From NCBI GenBank assembly GCA_964538815.1, contig CAZIHL010000001.1, positions 79,034 through 143,033 on the forward strand: a stretch of 64,000 bases of DNA, in the 5' to 3' direction. The first letter of the stretch is position 1, and every line of letters starts with the position of its first letter. The DNA comes from an uncultured Candidatus Saccharibacteria bacterium (GTDB lineage: Bacteria > Patescibacteriota > Minisyncoccia > Phycocordibacterales > UBA5272). Below the pieces are notes generated by a model, which did no database searches, had not been told where the DNA came from, and saw only the letters and a program-made list of their open reading frames with translations. The translations under genes were made by a program, and so were the position numbers. This document shows positions 11,435-20,594 of the stretch, one piece after another.

Positions 11435-11578
11435 TTTTAAGAATAATTAACAATTTCAGGTGTATATTTGTAATATTTCTTGCTTTTTTTTGTAATCTAA
11501 TATATACTATTAAAAATTTGACAAGGGTGTGTTTATGTATGCTCAATTTAATAATTATTTAATCAGAGTAAAATTATT

Positions 11579-12991
11579 ATGAATAAAAAAATAAAAAAAA
11601 CAATTAAAAAATCTGTTAAAAAAACAATTAAAAAAACTAAACCATCTACCAAAAAAACAATTAAAAAAACTATAAATAAAAATTCGAAATCTATAAAAAA
11701 AACTACTAAAAAAGTAGTTAAGAAAAAAGTACTCAATTCTAATTCTCGGGAGTTTGTAAATTTAAAAGTTTTAACATCAAAAGAAAAATTAGAAGAAAAA
11801 AAGAAAAAAGAAATAAAAAATGCTAAAGATAAAAAAGAGAGAGCTAAAAGAATAGAAGAAAATAAAAAAAAGATAGCAAAAGAAAAAAAGAAAATAGAAA
11901 AATTTAAAACAATTAAACGTAGTAAATCAGAAGAAGAAAGATTTTTAAAAGAAACTGAAATTATAAAAAAGGGTAAAGAAAGAGGATTTATAACATACGA
12001 TGATATTATAAAAATATTTCCAGATTTAGAAAAAGATATTACATATCTAGATGAGCTTTATGAAAAGCTGGCCGTAGCTGGTGTTGATATCTTAGATGGA
12101 AGTAGTAATCTGTTAGATATAGATGAAGATTTAAACAAACTCTCTGATGGTGAAAGTAATCATGACAGCATTCAAATTTATTTAAAAGAAATAGGTCAAT
12201 ACCCTTTAATTTCTTCTGAAGAAGAAAAAGAACTTGCAAAAAGAATTGAAATGGGAGACGAAGAGGCGAAAAGTATATTAATGAAAGCAAATCTTCGCCT
12301 CGTAGTTACTTTTGCTAAAAAGTATGTTGGAAGAAGTCCAAATCTTACACTTTTAGACCTAATACAAGAAGGAAATCTTGGATTGTTTAAAGCTGTAGAA
12401 AAATATGATTTTAGTAAAGGTTTTAAATTTTCAACTTATGCTTGTTGGTGGATTCGTCAGGGTATTACTCGTGCGTTAGCTGATCAATCTCGTACTATTC
12501 GTATTCCAGTACACATGGTAGAAACTATTGCAAAGTATAAACAAGTTTTAAGAAGATTATCACAAGACCTTGGACGTGAACCTCTTGCAGAAGAAATTGC
12601 TGACGAAATGGGGATAGATGTAGAAAAGATTCATGTGATTGAAAATATCGATCAAGAAACTCTATCACTTGAAAAGCCGACAGGAGATGATGATGACAAA
12701 TCATCACTTGGAGAATTTGTTTCTGATGATAAAATCCTTTCCCCAGATCAAGAAGCAAGTAGAAGAATACTAGCAGATCAAATAAATGAAATATTAATGG
12801 ATCTTTCAGAAAAAGAAAGAAAGATTGTAGAAATGAGAAACGGGTTAGGTGTATATAATGGAGTTATGCATACACTTGAAGAAGTGGGAGAAGAATTTCA
12901 AGTAACTCGCGAAAGAATCCGCCAAATAGAAGCTAAAGTTCATGAAAAAATTCGTGACCATGAAAAAGCTTATAGATTAAAGAATTTTTAA
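11579..12991 (+). CDS. rpoD: primary sigma factor with Lys-rich N-terminus
   Basis: [39 protein letters not shown]; follows dnaG. Confidence 0.95.
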   Translation: MNKKIKKTIKKSVKKTIKKTKPSTKKTIKKTINKNSKSIKKTTKKVVKKKVLNSNSREFVNLKVLTSKEKLEEKKKKEIKNAKDKKERAKRIEENKKKIAKEKKKIEKFKTIKRSKSEEERFLKETEIIKKGKERGFITYDDIIKIFPDLEKDITYLDELYEKLAVAGVDILDGSSNLLDIDEDLNKLSDGESNHDSIQIYLKEIGQYPLISSEEEKELAKRIEMGDEEAKSILMKANLRLVVTFAKKYVGRSPNLTLLDLIQEGNLGLFKAVEKYDFSKGFKFSTYACWWIRQGITRALADQSRTIRIPVHMVETIAKYKQVLRRLSQDLGREPLAEEIADEMGIDVEKIHVIENIDQETLSLEKPTGDDDDKSSLGEFVSDDKILSPDQEASRRILADQINEILMDLSEKERKIVEMRNGLGVYNGVMHTLEEVGEEFQVTRERIRQIEAKVHEKIRDHEKAYRLKNF

Positions 12992-13008
12992 CCTAAAGCT
13001 ATAAAATA

Positions 13009-13031
13009 AAAAGCACTTTTAAGTGCTTTTT
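13009..13031. terminator. bidirectional terminator
   Basis: AAAAGCACTT-TT-AAGTGCTTTT with A/T runs on both sides. Confidence 0.7.
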
Positions 13032-13039
13032 AATTTAAA

Positions 13040-13126
13040 TTAGAATAATTTTTTCTTTTTTGCGATTAAAGCCGCTGTAGCTACTATAGCGCTAAGTAAG
13101 ATTATTGCTTTTTTCTTCTTCTTCAT
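13040..13126 (-). CDS. putative 28-aa cationic membrane peptide (not in ORF track)
   Basis: Manual translation MKKKKKAIILLSAIVATAALIAKKKKLF*; ends at the bidirectional terminator. Confidence 0.5.
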   Translation of the reverse strand: MKKKKKAIILLSAIVATAALIAKKKKLF

Positions 13127-13233
13127 AAAATTTTTCATAAAAAATTTTTATCATTAAATAATGTATATATCTTTTTTAAGATAACACACTTTGATAAAAA
13201 AGTAAAATATGTTATATTTTAGCTAATAAATAT

Positions 13234-14247
13234 ATGTTAATAGATCATGTTGAGTTAAAAGTCAAAGCTGGAAATGGTGGTACAGGAGTGGTTAGATGGA
13301 GAAGGGAAAAACATATACCTTATGGTGGACCTGCTGGTGGTGATGGAGGAAAAGGTGGAGATGTTTATTTAAGAGTTATTCATGATATTCAAGCATTAGA
13401 TAATTACAAAAATAAAAGAGATTGGCAAGCTGAAGATGGTGAAGCAGGAAAAAAGAAAAGTATGCACGGAGGAAATGCTAAAGATTTATTTTTAAAAATC
13501 CCACTTGGTTCTAGTGTTTACAATAAGACTTACAATATTAAATACGAATGTGACAAAATAGAAGATATTTTAGTTTTGCGTGGTGGAAAAGGTGGACTAG
13601 GAAATGAAAACTTTAAAACTTCTACCAATCGCGCCCCAGAAGAATTCACAAAAGGTGAAAGGGGGGAAGATGCTATTTTTGAAATAGAATTAAAACTTAT
13701 TGCAGACGCAGGTCTCATAGGTCTTCCAAACGCAGGAAAAAGCTCATTACTCAATGCTCTTACAAATGCTAGTGCAAAGATAGGAAATTATGCTTTTACA
13801 ACCTTAGAGCCAAATTTAGGAGCGTATAAGAAATTTGTCTTAGCAGATATTCCAGGTCTTATTGAAGGGGCAAGTGAAGGGAAAGGTCTTGGATATAAAT
13901 TTTTAAAGCACATATCTCGCACAAGAATGCTATTCCATTTAATCTCTGTAGAAAATTCTGATGTAAAAGAAGCTTACAAAGTTATTCGTGAAGAATTAAA
14001 AAATTACGATAAAAAAAATAAAGAAAATAATCTTCTCTCTACAAAAGATAATGAGCTAACAAAGAAAAAAGAAATTGTAATTTTATCTAAAATAGACGAA
14101 GTAAAAGATAAAAAAGAATTAGACAAAAAAGTGAACGATTTAGCCAAAGCTTCTAAACAGAAAAAAGAAGATATAATACTACTTTCACTTTTTGATGATA
14201 AATCTGTAAAAAATTTTGAAAAGAAATTAGGAGAAATATTGAAATAA
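13234..14247 (+). CDS. obgE: GTPase Obg/CgtA
   Basis: Gly-rich Obg fold, GLPNAGKSS, YAFTTLEP, DIPGLIEGA. Confidence 0.97.
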   Translation: MLIDHVELKVKAGNGGTGVVRWRREKHIPYGGPAGGDGGKGGDVYLRVIHDIQALDNYKNKRDWQAEDGEAGKKKSMHGGNAKDLFLKIPLGSSVYNKTYNIKYECDKIEDILVLRGGKGGLGNENFKTSTNRAPEEFTKGERGEDAIFEIELKLIADAGLIGLPNAGKSSLLNALTNASAKIGNYAFTTLEPNLGAYKKFVLADIPGLIEGASEGKGLGYKFLKHISRTRMLFHLISVENSDVKEAYKVIREELKNYDKKNKENNLLSTKDNELTKKKEIVILSKIDEVKDKKELDKKVNDLAKASKQKKEDIILLSLFDDKSVKNFEKKLGEILK

Positions 14248-14288
14248 AAAAATACAAATTAAAATATAATTATTTTAATTTATATTTT

Positions 14289-15794
14289 TTATTTCGCTTT
14301 TTCTTTAATTAATTCAGTAAATAATTGTGGATTTCCAGAGCCCTTACTCTCTTTCATTGCTTGCCCTACAAAATACATTATAAGTTTATCATTTCCAAGT
14401 TTTAAAGCGTCCCACTGGTCAGGGTTATTGGTAATTACTTTTTCTACTATTTCATTTAATGCGTCTTTATCATTTTTTTGTATAAGTCCTTTCATTTCAG
14501 CTACTACTCTTGCGTCCATATCATTTTCACTCATTTCTAACATATTATCATACGGCATTTCAGTCATCATAAATAAAATTAAATCTTTTGCTCCACGACT
14601 AGAAAGTTCATTTACTAAAAGCATTTCCATAATTTGCACAAAATTTATTTTGTCTACAAAGTGTATTAATTTTTCTTTATTTTCTTTTTGTAAAATTGAA
14701 GAAACATCTACACAGATATAATTCACAGCTAGATTTATAAGTTTATTTGCTTTCTCTTTATCAAAATCGTGATTTAGAATTTCTTTTTTAACTTCATTGA
14801 AATATTTAAATAAAGTAGTGTTGTTAATCAAAAGCTCAATATAGTCTTCTTTAATATTTAAGTCTTTTAATTCTTTTCTAATATCTTCTAAATTCTCAGG
14901 AAGAATTGTTTTGATCTCTTCAAGATTAAACATTGAATGTAAATACAATTTTGGTAGATCTGGATCTGGAAAATATTTATAATCATTTGCTGTTTCTTTT
15001 TTTCTTTGCGAGACTGTTACTCTTTTATTCTCCTCAAAGCCACGAGTCTCTTGAACAATTTCATTTTCCTTTCCAGCTTCTATTAATTCAATATGTCTTA
15101 CTGCTTCAAAGCGAACAGAATCTTCAACAGACTTAAATGAATTAATATTTTTTACTTCTACTTTTGTACCATATTTGTTCTTATCTTTACTTACAGAAAG
15201 ATTTACTTCGATACGCATTTGTCCTTTACTCATTTCTGCTTCACTGGCATCAAGTATACGAAGGATTAATTGTAATTCTTTTGCAAAATTACTACATGCT
15301 TTGGCTGCAACTTCTACATCTAGAAAAGTCTCTGGCTCAGTTACTAGCTCCATTAGAGGAACTCCTGCACGATTAAAATCAATTAAAGTGTGGTTGCCTT
15401 TATCGTGAGTAGATTTGGCAGTATCTTCTTCTAAATGTATTCTGGTGAGAGGCCAAGAATTTATTTTTCCACCACTTACAATAGGGTATTTATATTGAGT
15501 TAGCTGATAAGCTTTTGGTATATCTGGATAAAAATAATGCTTTCTGTCCCATTCTGTAAAATCGGCAATATCTGAATTAATATATAATCCAATTTGTATC
15601 ATTTTTTTGATAGCTTCTTTGTTTAGAGTTGGAAGAGTTCCAGGGTGTGCCATACAGATTGAACAGACATTTTTATTTGGAGAATCTTCAAGAGGAACAT
15701 TGGCACAGCCACAGAACATTTTGCTATTTGTTTTTAGTTCTGCATGAATTTCAAGTCCTATTGTTATATAGTATTTATTTTCTTTATTTTCCAT
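14289..15794 (-). CDS. gatB: Asp/Glu-tRNA amidotransferase subunit B
   Basis: IGLEIHAEL, HPGTLP, DFNRAGVPLMELVTEP, YFPDPDLP. Confidence 0.97.
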   Translation of the reverse strand: MENKENKYYITIGLEIHAELKTNSKMFCGCANVPLEDSPNKNVCSICMAHPGTLPTLNKEAIKKMIQIGLYINSDIADFTEWDRKHYFYPDIPKAYQLTQYKYPIVSGGKINSWPLTRIHLEEDTAKSTHDKGNHTLIDFNRAGVPLMELVTEPETFLDVEVAAKACSNFAKELQLILRILDASEAEMSKGQMRIEVNLSVSKDKNKYGTKVEVKNINSFKSVEDSVRFEAVRHIELIEAGKENEIVQETRGFEENKRVTVSQRKKETANDYKYFPDPDLPKLYLHSMFNLEEIKTILPENLEDIRKELKDLNIKEDYIELLINNTTLFKYFNEVKKEILNHDFDKEKANKLINLAVNYICVDVSSILQKENKEKLIHFVDKINFVQIMEMLLVNELSSRGAKDLILFMMTEMPYDNMLEMSENDMDARVVAEMKGLIQKNDKDALNEIVEKVITNNPDQWDALKLGNDKLIMYFVGQAMKESKGSGNPQLFTELIKEKAK

Positions 15795-15797
15795 AAA

Positions 15798-16727
15798 TTA
15801 TTTTGAGATTATAGCATTTTTATATCGCTTATTCCAGACAATTTGTCTTTTCGCATATTGCCAGATTTTATTTTGGAGAGTTTCTATCATTTCCTCATAA
15901 GAAATATCTCCTCGCAAATACATCGTCACATATTTATATTCAAGACCGAGGGAAAGTAGCCAAGCATCATCTAGATTTAATTTATCTCTTAAAAATTTTA
16001 TTTCATTTATTAAATTATTTTTTCCTTTGTCTTCAAGCCTTTTTTTGAGTCTTAAATTTATTCTTTCTCGTAATTCTTCAGATGTTTTTTCAATAAAAAC
16101 AAATTCAGGATTATATTTTATTTTTTTATTTCTTTCAGATATTTTTACTTCTTTTCCATTTTCTTTTTTTGATTCTAAAATTTCTATTATTCGTATGAGT
16201 CTTCTTTTATTATTTACTTCACTCGTATTTTCATTTTTGGTTAATTCTAAAAATTTTTCTTTATTTAGTTTTTTAATTTTATTTAACAAATCTTTTTTGT
16301 TTTCTTTTTCAAGTTTTTCGCGAAGAAGGGGGTTTGGTTCAGCATTTTTTGGCAAGCCATAAATTATTGCATCAATATACATTCCAGTCCCACCACAAAT
16401 GATTGGAGTTTTATTTTTCTTTAAAATTTCTTTTATTGCCTTATTTGCAAACTTTAAATAGTCTTTAGTAGAAAAAGTCTGATGGTTTTTCTTATAATTT
16501 TTAGAATATTTTACTGGATCAGCAATATCAAGACAATAATGAGGAATATTTTTCATTTCTTTTTTTGTGATTTTTCCAGATCCTATATCAAAGTATTTAT
16601 ATATTTGCCTTGAATCAGCAGAGACTATTTCTCCTCTTATTTTTTTAGCTAATTCTACAGCAGCATCACTTTTACCACTAGCAGTTGGGCCAATTATTAT
16701 AAATATTTTTAGTAAAGATTTTTGCAT
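15798..16727 (-). CDS. miaA: tRNA dimethylallyltransferase
   Basis: GPTASGKS, DSRQIY, GGTGMY, YAKRQ. Confidence 0.96.
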   Translation of the reverse strand: MQKSLLKIFIIIGPTASGKSDAAVELAKKIRGEIVSADSRQIYKYFDIGSGKITKKEMKNIPHYCLDIADPVKYSKNYKKNHQTFSTKDYLKFANKAIKEILKKNKTPIICGGTGMYIDAIIYGLPKNAEPNPLLREKLEKENKKDLLNKIKKLNKEKFLELTKNENTSEVNNKRRLIRIIEILESKKENGKEVKISERNKKIKYNPEFVFIEKTSEELRERINLRLKKRLEDKGKNNLINEIKFLRDKLNLDDAWLLSLGLEYKYVTMYLRGDISYEEMIETLQNKIWQYAKRQIVWNKRYKNAIISK

Positions 16728-16728
16728 A

Positions 16729-17469
16729 TTAATTCTGCATTATAAGTCGTTTTATACCTTCAATATTTTCATTTTGTATATCAATACTGTTGCCAAGAAT
16801 TTGTGGCTTTTTATTTATTAGAATATCATAAACAGCTAAATCTCTAGCAAATAATTCTCTCAGAAAAGTTTTAGTATTTATCCAAATATTATCTTTATAT
16901 TTTTTATAAGGATAGTTTGCATTGTAAGCAATAGCGTCAATTCCATTTTTTCTTGCTATAAAAATCGCTCTTTCGTTATGGAATTTTTGTGAGACGATCG
17001 TGATTTTATTTTGGTTAAATACTTCACTACTACGAAGTACAGAGTCTAGGGTCCTTCTACCAGCATAATCAGAAACTATAGCATTATTATCTATATTTAA
17101 TTTTAATAAATAATTTCTCATATATTTTGGCTCATTATATGATACATCACGATTGTCTCCTGAGACTATAATATATTCTATTTTTTTATTATCTATTAAA
17201 GTCTTGACAGCCTCCATTCTAGTTGTGAAAAATAGACTAATATCACCATTACTTGTGACAGGGGAAGTGCCTAGAGCAAGACCAGTTTTATTATTTGGAA
17301 GATTTGCTAAATTAGAATAAATAAATGATTTTGAGTAGTTTGAAATATAAAAATAAACTATAACTGAAACGATAAAAAATAAGATTATTAAGAGAAGAAT
17401 AATTGATAGTATATTCTTAAAAATTTTTAAAGCTTTTTTAATTTTTATTCTTTTAAAAGCCGTGTTCAT
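16729..17469 (-). CDS. sanA: SanA/DUF218 family protein
   Basis: N-terminal TM helix, SGDN..YNEP, DYAGRRTLDS, SQKFHNERA. Confidence 0.85.
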   Translation of the reverse strand: MNTAFKRIKIKKALKIFKNILSIILLLIILFFIVSVIVYFYISNYSKSFIYSNLANLPNNKTGLALGTSPVTSNGDISLFFTTRMEAVKTLIDNKKIEYIIVSGDNRDVSYNEPKYMRNYLLKLNIDNNAIVSDYAGRRTLDSVLRSSEVFNQNKITIVSQKFHNERAIFIARKNGIDAIAYNANYPYKKYKDNIWINTKTFLRELFARDLAVYDILINKKPQILGNSIDIQNENIEGIKRLIMQN

Positions 17470-17513
17470 ATCTAAATAATAACAATTTTAAAAGCTTTTG
17501 TCATTAATTCTTG

Positions 17514-17594
17514 TGCCGAAGGTGGGACTTGAACCCACAAGCCGTGAGGCATGCGATTTTGAGTCGCACGTGTATACCATTCCACCACTTCGGC
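17514..17594 (-). tRNA. tRNA-Leu(CAA)
   Basis: Reverse complement GCCGAAG...CTCAAAA...GTTCAAGTC..CTTCGGCA with long variable arm; CCA not encoded. Confidence 0.95.
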
Positions 17595-17678
17595 GTATTT
17601 ATTCACATATCTTATCACATTTTAAAAAACTTTTCATGTTATACTAAAAAAATAGATATCTTAAATTTATATAAATTT

Positions 17679-18971
17679 ATGGCACAATTACAAAATGCAG
17701 TCTTTTGGATTGAAGTAGAAAAAATCTTACCAAATCCATATCAACCTCGTAGAGAATTTGATCAAAATAATCTAAAAGATTTAGCGGAAAGTATAAAACA
17801 ATACGGAGTTTTACAACCACTTGTTGTGACTCGTAGAGAAGATCCGCACGAAGACGGTTCTATCTCTGTCACTTATGAGCTTATTGCTGGAGAAAGACGT
17901 TTGCGTGCTTCTAAACTCGCCGGAGTAAAAGAAGTTCCATGTGTCGTGCGTGTGGGTGATGATAATAGAAGCAAGCTTGAATTAGCTATTATTGAAAATA
18001 TTCAAAGAGAAGATCTAAACTCTGTAGATCGTGCAAAATCATTTCAACAGCTTGCAGATGAATTTAAACTTTCTTGGGCAGAGATTGGAAAAAAGGTTGG
18101 TAAAAGCCGTGAATATGTTTCTAATACTGTTCGTATTTTAATGCTTCCTCAAGAGATTCTTGATGCGCTTGTAGCTGGAAAAATATCAGAAGGACATACA
18201 AGACCACTGCTAATGCTTATAGATAAGCCAGCAGAACAGATTACTCTTTTTAAAGAAATGCTAATGCGTAAAATGACGGTCCGTGAAGCAGAAGGTTTGG
18301 CTCGTAGGGTGGCTTATGAAAAGATTCGTAAAAAATCTTTAATGGCAAATCCTGAAGTTGTGGATCTTGAAGAGAGACTTGCGGAAAGTCTTGGAACAAG
18401 AGTTCATATTGAGCCAAGAGAAAAAGGAGGGAAAATTACAATTGATTACTTTTCTCACGATGAATTACTTGCACTTGCTGGGATTATGAAAAATGCTGGT
18501 AAAGAAAAATCTCATGAAGGAATGTTTGATAAGATTAAAAAAGAAATGAATCTATCATCGAGCTCACCACTCGCAGATGCTATGGTTACTCATAATATTG
18601 TCGAAGATTTAACAGAAGAAAATCATAAACATATTTTACCAATTACAAATAGTGTAAGTACATTACCAGTTATAGAAAATGTAGAAAATCATATAGGGGA
18701 ATTGATAGTAAATAATAATTCTAACTTAGAAAATAAAGAAATTGATAACACGGTTAACAAAAAAGAAAAATCTGAAAATTTAAAAATTGTAGATTATAGA
18801 GAAAATGATTTAAATAATTTAAACGATTTTGATAATATGGAAAGTGATCAAAATAATCAAAGTTCTAATTTAGAAGATTTTAAATTAGAAGATGATAGAA
18901 GTAAAGAAGAAATAAAAGAAGATGAGGAGAGGGAGAATGATTTGTATGATATAAGAAATTTTAGTTTATAG
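17679..18971 (+). CDS. parB: ParB/Spo0J partition protein with long acidic C-terminal tail
   Basis: PNPYQPR, IAGERRLRA, ENIQREDL; start moved to 17679 because the longer ORF overlaps tRNA-Leu. Confidence 0.93.
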   Translation: MAQLQNAVFWIEVEKILPNPYQPRREFDQNNLKDLAESIKQYGVLQPLVVTRREDPHEDGSISVTYELIAGERRLRASKLAGVKEVPCVVRVGDDNRSKLELAIIENIQREDLNSVDRAKSFQQLADEFKLSWAEIGKKVGKSREYVSNTVRILMLPQEILDALVAGKISEGHTRPLLMLIDKPAEQITLFKEMLMRKMTVREAEGLARRVAYEKIRKKSLMANPEVVDLEERLAESLGTRVHIEPREKGGKITIDYFSHDELLALAGIMKNAGKEKSHEGMFDKIKKEMNLSSSSPLADAMVTHNIVEDLTEENHKHILPITNSVSTLPVIENVENHIGELIVNNNSNLENKEIDNTVNKKEKSENLKIVDYRENDLNNLNDFDNMESDQNNQSSNLEDFKLEDDRSKEEIKEDEERENDLYDIRNFSL

Positions 18972-18976
18972 AGTTT

Positions 18977-19019
18977 AATATTTATGGGCGGCTACCGAAG
19001 GTAGCCGCCCATAAATATT
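18977..19019. terminator. bidirectional terminator between convergent parB and rel
   Basis: Perfect 20-bp stem AATATTTATGGGCGGCTACC-GAA-GGTAGCCGCCCATAAATATT. Confidence 0.85.
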
Positions 19020-19021
19020 TT

Positions 19022-20554
19022 TTACTTCACAAAGAATCTGTCAAATGTTCCACCGTGCTCTTTAATATAGTTTTTAATATGTCTTTTTGCTAGATTAGTA
19101 TAAGCATAATCCATCCATTTACGGCTAGGCTTCGCATCATCTTTTGTTATGATTTCTACTATATCTCTATCTTTTAATTTAGTATTAAGAGAAACTATTT
19201 TACCATTAACCATAGCAGAGTAGACATGATTACCAATATCAGAATGCACCGCATAAGCAAAATCTATTACGCCAGAGCCATTTGGCATTTCTATAATATC
19301 TCCTTTTGGAGTATGAATAAATAATTTTTGTTCTAAAAATCCTTCCTTAATATTTTTCAAAAAATCTTTGTTTTCTGAAGTTTCTTGAGTTTTTATCAAA
19401 TCTTTTGTCCAAGCTATTCTTTCACCAAGATTTTGAATCTTTCTTTTTTTGTGTTTGTTATTTATATTTTTACTATCTCCTGTTTCTTTATAGAACAAGT
19501 GTGAAGCAATACCGTATTCTGCTTCTTCATGCATTTGTATAGTTCTAATCTGTACTTCAAAAGTTCCTCCTGTTCCATCAAAAACAGTTGTATGAAGCGA
19601 TTGATAACCATTTGGTTTTGGTATGGCTATATAGTCTTTAAATCTTTGCGGGACAGGCTTGTAAAGACCATGTATAATACCTAAGACTTGATAGCAAGCT
19701 CCAACATCTTCAACTATTATTCTCATGGCTGCTATATCATATATTTTTTGTATATCCCAATTATGTTTTTTTAATTTTTCATACAAAGAATATAAATGCT
19801 TTAGTCTATGATCTATTTTTATAAACTTTATATTAAATATTTCTAATTCAATTTTTACTTTATCAAGTATTTTAAGTAGATAGTCTTCTTCTGAAGACTT
19901 TGTAGTATCAAACATTGTTTTTACTTTTGTATAATCTGTAGGATAAGCATAAGGAAAAGCTTTATCTTCTAATTCGCTTTTTAATTTACCCATACCAATT
20001 CTATCTGCAAGACGAGCATGTATTTCTAAAGTCTCAATAGCTATTCTTTTTGCTTTATCTTCTCTTAAATATTCAAGAGTGGAAACGTTATGAAGTCTGT
20101 CGCAAAGTTTTATAACTACAACACGAATATCTTCTGCCATAGCTATAAAAAATTTACGCATACTTTCTACATGTCTTTCTACTCCTTTATATTTAATTGT
20201 TCCAAGTTTTGTAACACCTTGTATTAAAAATAGTATGTCATGTCCAAATTCTTTTTCTATTTCTTCCTCACTTGTTTCTGTGTCTTCTAGTACATCATGA
20301 AGAAGTCCAGCCGTAATTGTGTCTACATCCATATTTTGTCTAGCAATATTTATAGCAGTATAAACTAGGTGATTAAAGTACGGTTCACCAGAGTTTCTTT
20401 GTTGACCATTGTGAGCTTTTTTTGAAAAATTAAAAGCCTTTTCTATTAGATCTTTATCATAATCATCAAAAGTATTTTCCTTTGGTACAGCTTCAAAAAT
20501 CTCTTCTAAGAGGGGAGTTTTAAATATTTTCGTTTCCTCAATAATTTTTTCCAT
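19022..20554 (-). CDS. rel: RelA/SpoT (p)ppGpp hydrolase-synthetase (HD+SYNTH+TGS, short form)
   Basis: SGEPY..H, LLHDVLEDT, KPNGYQSLHT, EVQIRT, TGS DFAYAVHS. Confidence 0.93.
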   Translation of the reverse strand: MEKIIEETKIFKTPLLEEIFEAVPKENTFDDYDKDLIEKAFNFSKKAHNGQQRNSGEPYFNHLVYTAINIARQNMDVDTITAGLLHDVLEDTETSEEEIEKEFGHDILFLIQGVTKLGTIKYKGVERHVESMRKFFIAMAEDIRVVVIKLCDRLHNVSTLEYLREDKAKRIAIETLEIHARLADRIGMGKLKSELEDKAFPYAYPTDYTKVKTMFDTTKSSEEDYLLKILDKVKIELEIFNIKFIKIDHRLKHLYSLYEKLKKHNWDIQKIYDIAAMRIIVEDVGACYQVLGIIHGLYKPVPQRFKDYIAIPKPNGYQSLHTTVFDGTGGTFEVQIRTIQMHEEAEYGIASHLFYKETGDSKNINNKHKKRKIQNLGERIAWTKDLIKTQETSENKDFLKNIKEGFLEQKLFIHTPKGDIIEMPNGSGVIDFAYAVHSDIGNHVYSAMVNGKIVSLNTKLKDRDIVEIITKDDAKPSRKWMDYAYTNLAKRHIKNYIKEHGGTFDRFFVK

Positions 20555-20594
20555 TTAATTATTGTAGCATTAATTTTTATTTTGACAAGTGTCT

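Noticed and set aside
17511-17678. N-terminal extension of the ParB ORF
   Set aside because: It is the antisense strand of tRNA-Leu(CAA); the ATG at 17679 is the better start.
17600-19020. parS site or replication origin near parB
   Set aside because: No TGTTTCACGTGAAACA-like palindrome or DnaA-box cluster noticed; the long palindrome is better explained as a terminator.
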